Positions 1 to 12,144 of a stretch of 64,000 nt of DNA are shown here, one piece after another. Every line of letters begins with the position of its first letter. The first letter of the stretch is position 1. The stretch covers positions 3,348,001 to 3,412,000 of the forward strand of contig JBLDXI010000015.1 in assembly GCA_047495785.1 (NCBI GenBank), in the 5' to 3' direction. The position numbers were made by a program, and so were the translations under genes. This DNA comes from Lepidodermella squamata. Its lineage: Eukaryota > Animalia > Gastrotricha. A model generated the notes under the pieces. That model had not been told where the DNA came from, searched no databases, and saw only the letters and a program-made list of their open reading frames with translations.

Positions 1-1926
1 GATGGGTTGCCTTCCCCACAAATTAAATATTCAGCAATCTCGCGGTGATGCAGCCGCGGCTTTAATTCACAGTTACTCTCGCAATCAATAGCCGAATGGA
101 GATAATAAAGCAATAATATCATATTACCATCCAAATTAAATTTCGAGCGGGAAATTCTGGCTGAGTTGATATCAAATGCTGATTTCATGATTCATCTGCG
201 GAGTTGAAAATTTAATAAACTGGTCGAGTTGTATTCATATGTCTTCGATTCGAGTTTAACAATAGTTTAAAATTCACCGGACCTTGCTTCAGGCTTTGAA
301 TAAAACGATTACTTTTATCGAACATGCGAGTTACCACGAGTGCAAAACAACACGCATCCCAACGAAACGTGACGTGATGATCAATTATTTATTTCGGAAA
401 ATATTACAATACACAGCTGTCATCAATTATTGAAGAAAATAAGAAAAAGAAGAAATAGCGTAGAATTTCATCATTAGCCGACGGCACTTTTTGTCTGGTG
501 TGCGCGCTTGCAAATCTTTCCGTTATACATCTTTTTCAAGGCACACAGAGACATAAGAGCAAATATATATATGAAATATACTGCAATATCTCGAATTATA
601 GCTATAATGGTTAAAATATGGCGCCGCAGAAGGTGAACATTTGCGCCTAAGAACATGAAAAAGCCTCCAAGCAGGTTAATGGCGGTAATCGCGCTTCGCT
701 TGAACGTAAACACTCATAAGAAAATAAGAGAAGTGTAAATGTTAGGAAAGTCTTCACTTGGGTTGAAAAAACAGTAAAAAACGACGATTTGAATAACAAA
801 CGCATAACCGTTTGATTTGATGAGACGCATAAACAGCAAAAAACTAAACGCATATCAACAATCGCGCGCGAAAAAAATTTCGCGATGCATATAATTGAGA
901 CCATATACCGACGGCTTTTTTCGGCAGGTAGATTGAGGAACGTGCGGTTCAAGACATGATTGGTAGAGCGCAAATAGATCTTGGTTTTTTTTCTTCCAGC
1001 GTTCAACTCACTGTGAACAAAGCAAACACGAGGTTGCTGATATATATTCAACGTGAGCGAAGCTAGAAAATAACGCTTAGAGGTTTGTATAACCGCAATC
1101 AATGATCGAGTGATGCAGCGAATGAGAGATATAATGCACAAAAATTCGTATAGGTAACCAAATGAGTTATAAATGAGAAAAAATGCAGGGAAACCAGGAA
1201 ATGTAAAACGGGGAAAATCATTATAGCAGGACTGAAAAATAAACGATCACATCTGCAGTTTCTTCTAATATGTATACCCAGCACCCAAAAGCGCCAATGC
1301 TATCAGCTAAATCTAAACAGTCCAATTATTCAAGTTTCGACAACCGTTTAAAAACCGTAAGATGAGAAATACGAATTTCAAGTAGGATATTGTAGACAAT
1401 CGAAATTCCCACTATATTTGCACAATTATTAGAACAACTGAACCCAACGCAACGGAAATTAGAACTGAAATCAAAATGATTAATCACTCTGCAACAACAT
1501 GATTTTCCAGCGCTGAATAAATTGTCTTACAGTGAAGCATCAGACCAATCAGAATTAAGCGATTAAAGATTACCAGGAAGATGAATTCACTCTCCAAACA
1601 AATTAGAATTTACAGTGTAAAGTGGCCAAGATACGAGCTGTCATCGGTAAAATCATTAGGGAGACTGATGTTGTGCTAAAAATCAACGTCCGAAGTTGCA
1701 AATTCCGTCAGTAACAATTTATAGTTCAGAGCAGATACATTCCAACTTCATAAATCTTCAAAACCTCAACGTATATGTATATCAGAAAGGCTCGAGATTG
1801 CGGTCCTCGTAAAATGCGGGCTGCAAAAATATAACAGCAAGAAATGTTAAAGACTGATATTCATTCAAAACAAAGCAATTAGTAAACAGAGTAAACAGCG
1901 GCAATCTTCTCCAATGAATCAATTCG

Positions 1927-2714
1927 TTAATACCGGTTTTGCATCAAAGAAAGAGTGCGCAAGTGGGATGTTAACGAGTAGTTCGAAGGCGAGTGCGAAC
2001 TCGATGGTGCTGGGGCGTATGAACTTGAAGACGAGCTAGAAGTGAATGAAAGAGTTTCGTTATAAACTGAAGGTCCCCATCCACCACCAGAGTATTTGGC
2101 CTGCAAAAGAAACAAGGATGGCATCAATCAACCTCATATTTCATGGCCTTGAATAGACTTACCTGAGTCATGAATACCGAGGTGCGCCCAAACAATTGAC
2201 GTTCATAAGCAATTATTTGCATCCAAAATCCGTTGTTCGGCTGAATGATTGGCCGTTTAGTGCGCACGTAATGGAAAGCTTCTTTCAGAGTCATTTGTCG
2301 GTATTTCAGCAAATATGCGAGCAGCAAAGTGACAGAACGACTGACACCAGCAATGCAATGCACTAGCACTCTTCCGCCATTTAACCGAACGGTTTCGATT
2401 TTGTCTGCAACCGAATCAAAATACTGGCTGATTCGCTCAGTGGGAGTATCGTAAATGTGCAAGTAAGTGACTGTGATGCCCGGAATGTTAGGAAGCGACG
2501 TCGACTCTGCCGCGCAGTTGATGATGTGCGTGATGCCTTTAACTTTTAGCTTGGTAGCGGTGACCGGATTCTGGCCAGATAAGTACAAGAAGGGCAAGAT
2601 TTCCGAGATTTGGTCCAAATAGGCCATAGGATTCATCGGCATAGCGAGAGCGTCTACGTTGGATGCACGGTAACGAGATGGTGGCAAATTGGGAGAAACG
2701 TGGCGTAATGGCAT
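1927..2714 (-). CDS. Atypical dual-specificity phosphatase (DUSP14/18/21-like); 2 coding exons 2714-2163, 2100-1927
   Basis: Active site VHCIAGVSRS, ISEILPFLYLSG start and IQPNNGFW. A 62-nt GTAAGT..TTTTGCAG intron (2162-2101) joins it in frame to the Ser-rich ORF 1927-2127. Start codon inferred. Confidence 0.88.
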
Positions 2715-3759
2715 ACTCAGAGCTATTGAAATGAGAAAAAAAAACATTAATGATTCATAGAAGTATTCAAAAGATTAGTCATCTTGGATACATACTTTGA
2801 AAGCTATTAGAGCGTCGAAGCGACATCATTGATGAGGCATCAGCATATGTCGAAGATCTGTATAATGCATTGTTCATTCGCGAAATTTCTTGTAATTATA
2901 TCTCAGGCCAATGAAATCGACAGAAGGCGCGATAGAAAGAAGCGATAATGCGGAGAAATTGGCAGAGCAACGTGACGTCCTGACTAATCCTGACTATAAT
3001 GGGAGCTTTCTAGATAATAGGAATCACTTTTTCGACGATTTTTTTGCCAACGCGTCCTTAGTTACGTATTTTTATAATAATTTATTTGAATTGAATTCAA
3101 TAAATTTTTAAGCTGCTCTGTAAGATTTAATGTCAATATCAAGTTTGAATTGAATAAACCCGCGCGCATCTCTTCAGAAGTTGTTAGGGTGGTCTCTAGC
3201 AGCACATTTCTCAAGTGCGGTACACTTGTTCTGCAAAAGCAGCGAGTCTTATCAAAGAGCCATAATGAAGCACAGTTGTGGAGACGTATTTTGCTCGGGT
3301 ATTCACCACCAGGCATGCTAATATTTCGTTGGATTTAATAGGAAAACTGTTTTCTGCCTAAATCTCGACAGAATTTTTCGATGTGGCTTTTTCTGCTTGA
3401 AATTCTTCTAAGGAATGTATAGCGCATTTATCATGTAGCCCATGCATTTCTACTGATTTATTGAAACTGTAATAAATTATCTGATGAAGGAAAATGGATA
3501 CTGGATAAACGAAATGCATGAAACATGACATTGCGCTGTAAATTGGGAGCAGAGCTACATAGTCAAGTTGCTGGACATCTTGACTTGCGCCTTGCAATTT
3601 GTTATTTCTAAAATCTAATAATCAGTGGTTGCTAATACTAGTATTGGGCTTTGCCCTGTTGTGTTGAAAAATACCTCTTCGTCTTAAGAGGCAACAACTT
3701 ATATAAATATTCTCATCCACCATTCTTAGATCATTGTTTGATTATTGAGCTCTGACACA

Positions 3760-6501
3760 ATGAGCCGTGAAATATTGGATAGTTTTGAAATATTGGCTGA
3801 TTCAGTGCCTGTGTCAGAATATAATATCGTTTTGCCTGAAGGTGAACCGGCCCTTAATCTTGTTAATGACTCAGAGACGCAGGGAGACAGTGCCGAGGAA
3901 GAATTTGTGCATCTTGTAGCAAGCGTGGAGGCTCTTCAACTGAGCGAGTCCTTAAATATCTCTTCCGGCGGCGAATCATTACCTAACATTGAAGTGATAT
4001 CTCCAAGTCTTCCTGTGGTCGCAGAATCTGGAGCCCCGATGCAATCGGATATGCCAGCGCATGGCGAGATTAGCTTGCATGTGGAAGCTGCTGAGCCGGA
4101 ATTGAACGTCAATATCCCAGTTGTCCGGACTCCTGCTCAGCCGGTCGATCTGCAAACGCTAGCTGGCATAAACCTAGACGTGCTAGATAATGCACGCGTT
4201 GATATCGGCAGTAAGTTGGTTGTAGCCGGCGTTGGCTCCCTCATTTTGCCTGGCGGGAATCAATCGTCTGCCCTAAATGTTTCACCCGCGATAGTCGAAA
4301 GAAGTGTTGACGTCCATCCAGGCGGAGATTCTCCTGACTCTGTTCAACCTGAAATCAGCCCTCCCGTTGGGAATGTTGTAGCGGCGGACTCGGCAATTCA
4401 CCCTCAAGGAAACCATGTATCAAATCCGCAGGTCCAAATGCCAGTTAGTAATATCGCACGGTCTCCTGCTCATCCGGTCGATCTGCAAACGATCGATGCC
4501 ATCGATAGTGACTTTTTAGATTCTGCACGCGTTGATAATAGCAGTAATATAGTTTTATCTGGCATCAGCTCTGCCATTTTGCCTGAAAGAAATCAATCAT
4601 CTGCCCCTCATGTTTTACCGGCGATAGTCGAAATGAGCGTTGACGTTGTACATCCCGAAGTCAGCGCTCCCGTCAGCAATGCCGTAGAGGCGGACCTGAA
4701 TCCAACTATTCAGCCGGCAGAAAATCACGCATCATCAAATCCGCAAGTCGTCCAAACACCAAATGACGGCTCAGCTCATGTTCCCAGAAGTAGTGCTGAC
4801 GTTGTCCGTCCGGAAATCAGCCTTCCCGCCAGCAATATCGTAGTAGCGGACCTGGATTCAACTATTCAACCGCAAGAAAGTCGCGCATCTTCGAATCCGC
4901 TAGTCGCCCCAATGCCGCTAAACGATATTGCACTATCTGATGACATGATAAATGACGGCTCAGCTCGTGTTCTCAGTCGTGCTGATATACTTGCTATAAT
5001 AGCGAGGCAACAACAAGAGGAAGAACGACAACGAAAAGAGGAAGAAGCGGCAGCTCAAGCTCTGCCAACAGTTGTAGAAGAGAATCCAACCCTAGAAGAT
5101 GGCATTTACGGAAAATTGATCGTACTTGGTATTAATGGCGTTCAGGATGGTCCAACTGAGATGATTTTGCGTAGACGACATGTTGCAAACGGACTCGCGG
5201 AATTCGGCCGAAGTTATGCCGTTGGCGCGGGTCACAGACCAGGCACGTCTGCCATGGATACTGGCATGGGACGTCGGGCTCTTGCGAATGCGAGGCACGA
5301 TAAAAACCTAGCTCAACCGCCAGTGCTTGCAGAGGCGGGCATGGTTCGAGCAGGCGAGGATGAGCAACGACACCATTCCCAAATTTTATTTTCAATTTCA
5401 AGACACGAGACGCAGGCCCTGCAATTCCGCGTTGATTCCCGCTTTGACATGTTCCAACTCGGCCGCAATGCTTCGTCGCAAATTGATTTCCGCGTGGATC
5501 AGGCGAAGCCTTGTTCAGACGGCACTTCAATGGTGTCGCGCTTCGGTTGCCGAATCGTGATTTCCAGGACCTACCCACATGAAGCTCGCATTTACGCCGC
5601 GGGTTTCGACGAATCTTGCCGAGTTTTTCTCGGCGAGACCGCTAAAGTTTGGCGCTTACCAAACGGCCACGTCGATGGATTAACAACGAATGGATTGCTG
5701 ATTTGTCGCGACCCAGAAGCCGCAATCGCGGGCTCAGCTACTGATCAATCCGCACATTGGCGGGAGGTTTCAGTTCGCGGCAATATCTACCCATATCGGA
5801 TGTCGCGTAACATCTCCGAATTCGATTTGATATCGGACGAAAACAACGTTTTAGTCGACGGCACTCTGATAGACATGGCTGGCATCGTTTTGATGTGGCG
5901 AAATCGTGATGGATTGTCGCAATTGACAAGAGATCAGCGTGCTTCTGAGTTGCGAGAATCAATAGCTGACATCAACAACCGTGCAATTTGCCCTGTTCTT
6001 TTCGCCCCGCTTCACCTCAGACCGGCCGTTGGTCCGCCCAGACCGGGCAACGTAATGTTTTCAAGTGTTCTACCTCAGCCGTTGTCGCAGATACAAAACG
6101 GCGCGGCTGGCCTGGAACAGCCTGTGGTATACACGAAATGCGGCCATGTTTCGACGCGTTTCGATTGGGGCCAAGTTGCAGAAGCTGGCGGTATCTATAA
6201 ATGCCCTGTTTGCCGAGAGGTTGGCCCTAGATTGCGACTTCGAGTCGGTGATGAGCCGTGCTTTTGGCGGGATCTTCATCCGGAGGTGACGCACGCCTTC
6301 ACGCAATGTGCTCATGGCGTTTCAGAGCAGACTGCTGTATTTTGGTCGCGACTAGTCTTGCCGCGAGATCTCGTCGGAATTTGCCCATTCTGCGGCGAAA
6401 AGCTCGATCGAGCTCAGCCTTATTTCCGACTATTCTTTTCTGAAGGTTTGCCATCAGAAGGCGACCAACAACCTCCGACTACTGACCCAACAACACCATA
6501 A
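3760..6501 (+). CDS. PELI: Pellino E3 ubiquitin ligase (FHA core + RING-like domain) with long acidic repetitive N-terminal extension; intronless CDS
   Basis: Pellino motifs YGKLIVLGING, DMFQLGR, SRFGCRI, RIYAAGFD, DGLTTNG, WREVSVRG, DGTLID, CGHV, CPVC, CAH, CPFC. ATG 3760 follows an acceptor-like TTCTTAG at about 3729. Confidence 0.92.
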   Translation: MSREILDSFEILADSVPVSEYNIVLPEGEPALNLVNDSETQGDSAEEEFVHLVASVEALQLSESLNISSGGESLPNIEVISPSLPVVAESGAPMQSDMPAHGEISLHVEAAEPELNVNIPVVRTPAQPVDLQTLAGINLDVLDNARVDIGSKLVVAGVGSLILPGGNQSSALNVSPAIVERSVDVHPGGDSPDSVQPEISPPVGNVVAADSAIHPQGNHVSNPQVQMPVSNIARSPAHPVDLQTIDAIDSDFLDSARVDNSSNIVLSGISSAILPERNQSSAPHVLPAIVEMSVDVVHPEVSAPVSNAVEADLNPTIQPAENHASSNPQVVQTPNDGSAHVPRSSADVVRPEISLPASNIVVADLDSTIQPQESRASSNPLVAPMPLNDIALSDDMINDGSARVLSRADILAIIARQQQEEERQRKEEEAAAQALPTVVEENPTLEDGIYGKLIVLGINGVQDGPTEMILRRRHVANGLAEFGRSYAVGAGHRPGTSAMDTGMGRRALANARHDKNLAQPPVLAEAGMVRAGEDEQRHHSQILFSISRHETQALQFRVDSRFDMFQLGRNASSQIDFRVDQAKPCSDGTSMVSRFGCRIVISRTYPHEARIYAAGFDESCRVFLGETAKVWRLPNGHVDGLTTNGLLICRDPEAAIAGSATDQSAHWREVSVRGNIYPYRMSRNISEFDLISDENNVLVDGTLIDMAGIVLMWRNRDGLSQLTRDQRASELRESIADINNRAICPVLFAPLHLRPAVGPPRPGNVMFSSVLPQPLSQIQNGAAGLEQPVVYTKCGHVSTRFDWGQVAEAGGIYKCPVCREVGPRLRLRVGDEPCFWRDLHPEVTHAFTQCAHGVSEQTAVFWSRLVLPRDLVGICPFCGEKLDRAQPYFRLFFSEGLPSEGDQQPPTTDPTTP
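4126..4985 (+). repeat. Internal coding repeats in the Pellino N-terminal extension
   Basis: PAQPVDLQT...SVDV and PAHPVDLQT...SVDV lie 333 bp apart (4126, 4459). VVHPEVS.. and VVRPEIS.. lie 156 bp apart (4642, 4798). aaatgacggctcagctc occurs at 4761 and 4950. Confidence 0.85.
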
Positions 6502-6955
6502 AAAGCCTTTTTGTAGTTGATTCAGACTTGATTATTCCAGAATTGATGTTGGTGCAATCGATTGTTATGTATCTTCATGATTGTTTTCAGAGATTTTACG
6601 CAAAATTTAATGCTTGCAAGAATAGAAACGAATATTTTGATATATGCCATGATTCATCTGCTGATTAATATAACTTTGCCTTCGATTTATTTCCAAATTT
6701 AAGTGATAATTTTTTGTAATAAAATTGATTAATCTTTCTGAAAATTGAGTAAGCCTCGTTAAGGTCTATGATAATTTTCTTATTTGTCGTGATTAATTTC
6801 GCGGAGGGAACAATCATTTTTCAGGGCCTTATCTGCTCTATTAGCGTTAGCGTTATCTACGTCTTTCCCTGATTATTTCTGTGGTCGATACCCCATGCCT
6901 ATACTGACCTTGTAACCTCATTTAGGATATTGTTGAAAACTAAAGTTTCGCTGCA

Positions 6956-9900
6956 ATGTCCGAGAATTGCGACGTTGTCGTGATCGGCGCTGGAATTTCC
7001 GGCCTCTCAGCCGCGTATCACTTGAAAAAGCGAGATCCTAGCTTGAATGTCGTTGTCGTGGAGGCGAAACCGCGAGTCGGCGGTCGAACGCTGACTGTTG
7101 ACATGGAAGTTTCAGGCGGCCGTAAGGCGAAATTCGACTTGGGCGGGCAGTGGGTTGGCCCCCTCCAAACCGATCTCCTCGAGCTCATGGGAGAACTCGG
7201 CATGTCAGATTTGCTCTACCCGCAATACACAGCTGGGACTAAGGTTTGCTGGGTAGATCCTGGCAAAATTGTCAACTACAACTCGGAGTTGCCGTTTTAC
7301 AACCCGATGATTTACCTTGAGGCATTTTTCTTTATGAGAAAAGTTGACCAATTGGCTGATTCATTGGATGCGAATAACCCGTTCATGAACAACCCAGCCT
7401 TGGCTGAATATCTGGATTCTATGACTGTTGAAGCTTTCATTCGAGAACACGTCTACAACGCCGGTATGATTTCATTTCCCTTGAAAAAATTATTTAATTT
7501 TTTGAAATTTTCAGCTTTTCGTGAATTGATTCGAGTTGCAATGCGTGCGTCCTTTGGCATGGAAGCCAATCAAATGTCGGCTTTGTACCTTCTGCTGTAC
7601 GGAAAGGCGTCGGGTCGCCTTGAAAACGTGTTCGCTGCTACTAATGATGGCTGTCAAAAGTGGCGCGTCAAAGGTGGCGTGCAACAAATTAGCGAGAAAA
7701 TCGTCGAAATTCTCGGCCGTGATAAAGTTCTACTCAGCACGCCGGTTATGGCCATCGAGCAGACGGATGAAAATGTCACTGTTACGGTGCTGTCTAATGG
7801 GAAATCGAAACAATTCATCGCGAAACGGGCCATTTCAGCCATTCCTCCAAATCAATTACGTGAGTTGCTGAATTTTCCGATTTATTAAGTTGGACTTGTT
7901 TAGTCAAAAATGTTCTCTTTTTTTACCTTGGACGATTTGGGAAATTTCATAATTCATTCTTTTTCTTTTCGCTTGAAGGTGAGCGTCTTTCTTGATAGCT
8001 GCACGTTGTAAATGCTTCTACTTTGAACAGGTCAAAAATTCTATGCTATGTCTTTTTAATGTTGTCAAAAAGGTTCACGTAACCTAATCTTGAATTTTTT
8101 GTGTAATTTGGGTTGAAAAAGTTTACCTAGCCATTATCTAATTCCATCTAACCGTGTTTATGACGGCTACTTGGAATACTTGCTACTTGGATGGCTACTA
8201 AATCTATAAAAAAAATCCCCCTCGTTTTATACTCGTAAGGTTGCTCTAGTACTCAATCCATGTTCAACCAAAAGTTTAGCCACTTTGAAGACCCCTAACA
8301 GAGCGAAAAATGCTTCAAAAACTACTCTCAGAGGCTGGGGGACATATCATGAGTCGAAAAATAGCACCTTCCCCATGCCGCAAGCCATAGTGCGACCATG
8401 CGAGCAATGCCGTACTTCTAAAATGGCACTTGAAAGGACAGATAGCACTTTTAGATGTCATTTGTTGGATGAATTTTCATGAAAGAATACAAGAACTCCT
8501 TTTCTTCCAACTGAGTTTAGCAGGTGTTCATTTTTCAAAACAAAGCGTCTTCCGCCTTCTTTCACGATCCGGAGACAGTAAAGACGGCGACGAAGAAGAA
8601 GTAGCTGACTGCATCGATGACATTGATGAATATGAAGTGGTAGAAAGAGACCTGTTGAAGGGATGGTAACTCTGACCTGGTTCGGGGGCAAAGTAGCGAT
8701 TAGACTGAATTAGACGAAGGGCAGAAGAACGCAGCACCAGCGGCACCAGGAGCAGGGGCAGGAACGGAAGTGGTTGAATTGTCGGACTGCAACAACGCCT
8801 CCTTGAACGCGGTGACCATTGTCTTGACCACTCGAAGTCGGGTTTCGCGCTTGTTTATGGCCCTGAGAACGAGAATAAGAGTTTCCACTCATCCTCCACG
8901 CTCGTCCTCGAGGCGGCCTCACTGACTTTGACTCTCGCCATTCGATGCTCGAAATTGGCGTCCAGTACACCTCGGTTGCAAAGGCTGACTGAATCATCAC
9001 CTTGATCTGATTATCAATCTCAGGGTCAGACATCTCAGGCAATGCAGCTCCCAATTGATTCATCTCCATTGTCCCGGGTCTCGGCGCCAATGAAGGGATA
9101 ATAACCCTAACCTGGTTCGGGGGCAAGCTGACAATAGCAATTAGACTGACTGAATAGAAAAGGCAAATTATCCAAGCAGATCAACTGACATATTTATTAT
9201 TACTATTTTCATTGCTTTTATAGCCAATAAGTCGCGAAATAAATAAATAATTACATAACATACAGTGAAATGCGACACGTGCTATTGCTGTCACGAGCGC
9301 TGTATCTGTATCTTACTCGGGATCGCTTCGAAATCGGCGAAGGAGAACTTGTAGCCGATTTTCAGTCGTCGGGGCCGATGGAGCGCCCGCTCGGAGCAGC
9401 AGTATCTCTCGCTTCATCTTCAACCACAATGATAATTTCAACATCTCCCACTTCTGAGATGTAACGAACCATCAATTCTATGTCTTCGTCTGAACATATC
9501 TCTGAGTGGAGAGAGTTTAATCCAGAAAAAAGTGTACAAGGGGGAAGTGGACATTTCTATACTACTGGCAGCTTCGGGCCTCGTTCCTGAATGAAATCTC
9601 TGTTGTGAGAAAGAACCCCATTCTCTGCTTGAAAACGGATGAAAAAACCTTGGGTATCAAATCAGCGTCGGTAGATTTCCTTAAATCGTCCACCTTAAAA
9701 AGAGGTTTTCAAATTTGTTTTTTCTTTTTTCCTAAATTTATCTTTCTTTTAATTTCGATTCTTAATTTTTAAATTTTAATCGAAATATTTATTCAAATTT
9801 TATTTCAGTACCAATCAAGATGGAGCCGCCACTGTCTCCCACTCGAACTGAATTGTTGCGGGCTATGCCTATGGGAAATATCTACAAATTCATGATAACC

Positions 9901-10623
9901 TACGAAAAAGCATTCTGGCGAGATAAAAAACTATCCGGAGAAACTTGTTGTTACGGCGGCAATGTCGAAACTACGGAAGACTGTCCGCTTGGCATCGGCT
10001 GTGTTTCGTTCGACGCGTGCCTCGTCGATGGAACCCCCGCCCTGGTCGGCCTTATGGGAGGCCACCAAAACGTGTACTGGCGACAACGCTCGTTTGCCGA
10101 GCGCAAAAAGGCCATTCTCGGCACGATTGCGAAAATGCTCGGCGAGGAAGCGTTGAAGCCTGTCGATTTCCGTGAAAAGGACTGGGGCCTCGAGCAATGG
10201 ACCGGCGGTTGCCCGGTCAACATTCTCCGACCTGGCGTTGGCCGATTTTACACGTCCAGCCTGAGATTACCGATCGGAAAGTTGTACTTGGCTGGCACTG
10301 AATCAGCGCAGCGGTCTTGCGGCTTCATTTCCGGGGCAGTTCAATCCGGCCGTCGAGCTGCAGTTGAAGTCCTGTTCTCGCTCGACAAGCATTCGAAAGT
10401 TGACAATGCAATGCTGGCGATGACTTGTTTCGGAGCAGCTGGGAAGGACCTGCAAAAGCCGATCAAGTGGCTGACGACAATCGACCCTAGTGTTAACACG
10501 TTGAAATCGACTTTCCCAACGGTTCAATTTGTTGTTTTAGCCGGTGCTATTGTAATTTTCCGACGTCAAATCTGGTCCCACTTCGGGTCAATTTTCGACA
10601 AATTTATCGCGAGATTCCATTGA
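6956..10623 (+). CDS. Flavin-containing amine oxidase (MAO-like) with C-terminal hydrophobic anchor; exons 6956-7463, 7515-7859, 9809-10623
   Basis: FAD motif VVVIGAGISGLSAA, EAKPRVGGRT, DLGGQWVG, AGTESA..GFISGAVQSGRRAA. A 51-nt and a 1949-nt GT-AG intron preserve the frame (PPNQL-L-PIKMEPP). Confidence 0.9.
7915..9704. mobile_element. Probable degraded TIR-bounded insertion inside amine oxidase intron 2
   Basis: Imperfect inverted repeats: 7915-7947 ctctttttttaccttggacgatttgggaaattt versus reverse complement of 9673-9704 ctctttttaaggtggacgatttaaggaaatct. TTAA at the right end. Intron is about 40-fold the usual size. Confidence 0.45.
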
Positions 10624-10858
10624 AAATAATTCTGCTGATAATTGTTGTTTCTGCAATCACTTCAATCTAGTATTTTCGATTGCTCTAGCACTATTCAATT
10701 TGCAAGACTGGTGTATTATAATTGCAATAATCACCTGTAAAGATTTATATAACGAATATTTTTCATATTCAATATACCTACCATGCTTTCATGATCGCAA
10801 TTAAATTATATTTAATCCAGCTTAATTTTTTTTATTTTTTTATAGTACGCTTTATAAC

Positions 10859-11425
10859 ATGATTCAAACTACTCCACTCAAAGCAGATTTGTTTATTAGA
10901 GATTTGCAAGACACGCCTGATTTGGATAAGTATCTACCTCATAGTAATCACAATAGTGGCGAAAAAGATGGGTCGATATCGCAGCCTAGCAAGTATTTAT
11001 ACTGCCCAATTTGCATGGGACTCCTGCGAAAACCAATGCGAGCGCCTTGCGGCCACTCATTTTGCCGAAAATGCATCGATAAATGGCTTGAAATCAACAG
11101 TTCATGCCCACAGGATCGCCGCCCGTTGACCCACGATCAGCTGCACAACGATTTCATCACGGAAAATCTCATCGCTGAACTGCCGGCCTCGTGCCCGTTT
11201 AAATGCTCGCGCCAGGACAGCGCGACGTCGGCGTTTTCGCTGGCAGATGCGCGGCAACACACGTATACGGAACACAACCGCGAGTTGCTGGCTCGAAGCG
11301 GCAGTGTCATCCCGGCGACGCCCCGCCAGCGACATTCTTTCACGTTTTTCTTTGTTCTGTTCGTATTCGCGGTTTTCGACGTGCTACTTCGCCTTTCTCA
11401 CGACGTGATAGCCGAGGGTCGCTGA
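10859..11425 (+). CDS. RING finger E3 ligase (TRAF/RNF151-type RING, CPQDR) with C-terminal hydrophobic segment
   Basis: CPICMGLLRKPMRAPCGHSFCRKCI...CPQDR; C-terminal FTFFFVLFVFAVFDVLL; acceptor TTTTATAG just upstream of the ATG. Confidence 0.85.
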   Translation: MIQTTPLKADLFIRDLQDTPDLDKYLPHSNHNSGEKDGSISQPSKYLYCPICMGLLRKPMRAPCGHSFCRKCIDKWLEINSSCPQDRRPLTHDQLHNDFITENLIAELPASCPFKCSRQDSATSAFSLADARQHTYTEHNRELLARSGSVIPATPRQRHSFTFFFVLFVFAVFDVLLRLSHDVIAEGR

Positions 11426-12144
11426 AGTCAGACTTTGTTAATTGCTCAATATGTTTTGTTAATTTGATAAGTTTTTTCATGAATTTTACAAAACTCAACA
11501 GATTGGCCTACTAATAAACATTTTTGAACATTTTTCATTTTTGGTTCAAGTTCGGCATTTTTTTATAAAAAAATTCACGTTGAAATTTCAAGTTCCAGTT
11601 TTTGGTCTGGTCGACACTAATTGACCTCATTCTGCTTCAATGAGGTTTTTTCTATTTTTTTCTGTTCAGGGTGAAGACTCAACTTTGAGAATATCTTTGA
11701 AAATTTCGAATAAACAAATTGAAAAAAATTCGTTTTCAAATTTCTTTGAAATATTCTGATAAATTATTAGGAATCAGCATGATTTTCCGCTCTAGGCCAC
11801 ACCATCACTCTCATATCTAAAATCCGATAAAATTACTCAAATTGGTGACTAAATTTTTGGTTTGCCTTCCCTGAAGTCGCCGATCCAGTCGCGAGGAAGA
11901 AATGAAAATTTTCAATTTCAAATTCGATTTCAAATGTTCAAAAATTGAATTTAAAGTTCTGTTTGATGTCAACTTTCCAAACAACACATTTTGGCTCCAT
12001 GAGTGTTCATGTGTTTGGAAAACTGATAAATTTCCGACTTCTAATGCTTTTAATGGAGGTCAGAGTGCTATTTTGTGAATTCCCATTCAAGTTAATTTTA
12101 AGTTGGTTTTTCAATTTTTTTGTAGAATTTTACCTTTGTTTTAA

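Noticed and set aside
474-1284. Minus-strand ORFs of 61-164 aa
   Set aside because: AT-rich, non-ATG starts or no motifs; more likely the DUSP 3' UTR or intergenic DNA.
7464-7514. Apparent 17-aa insertion in the amine oxidase ORF
   Set aside because: It is a stop-free 51-nt GTATGA..TTTCAG intron.
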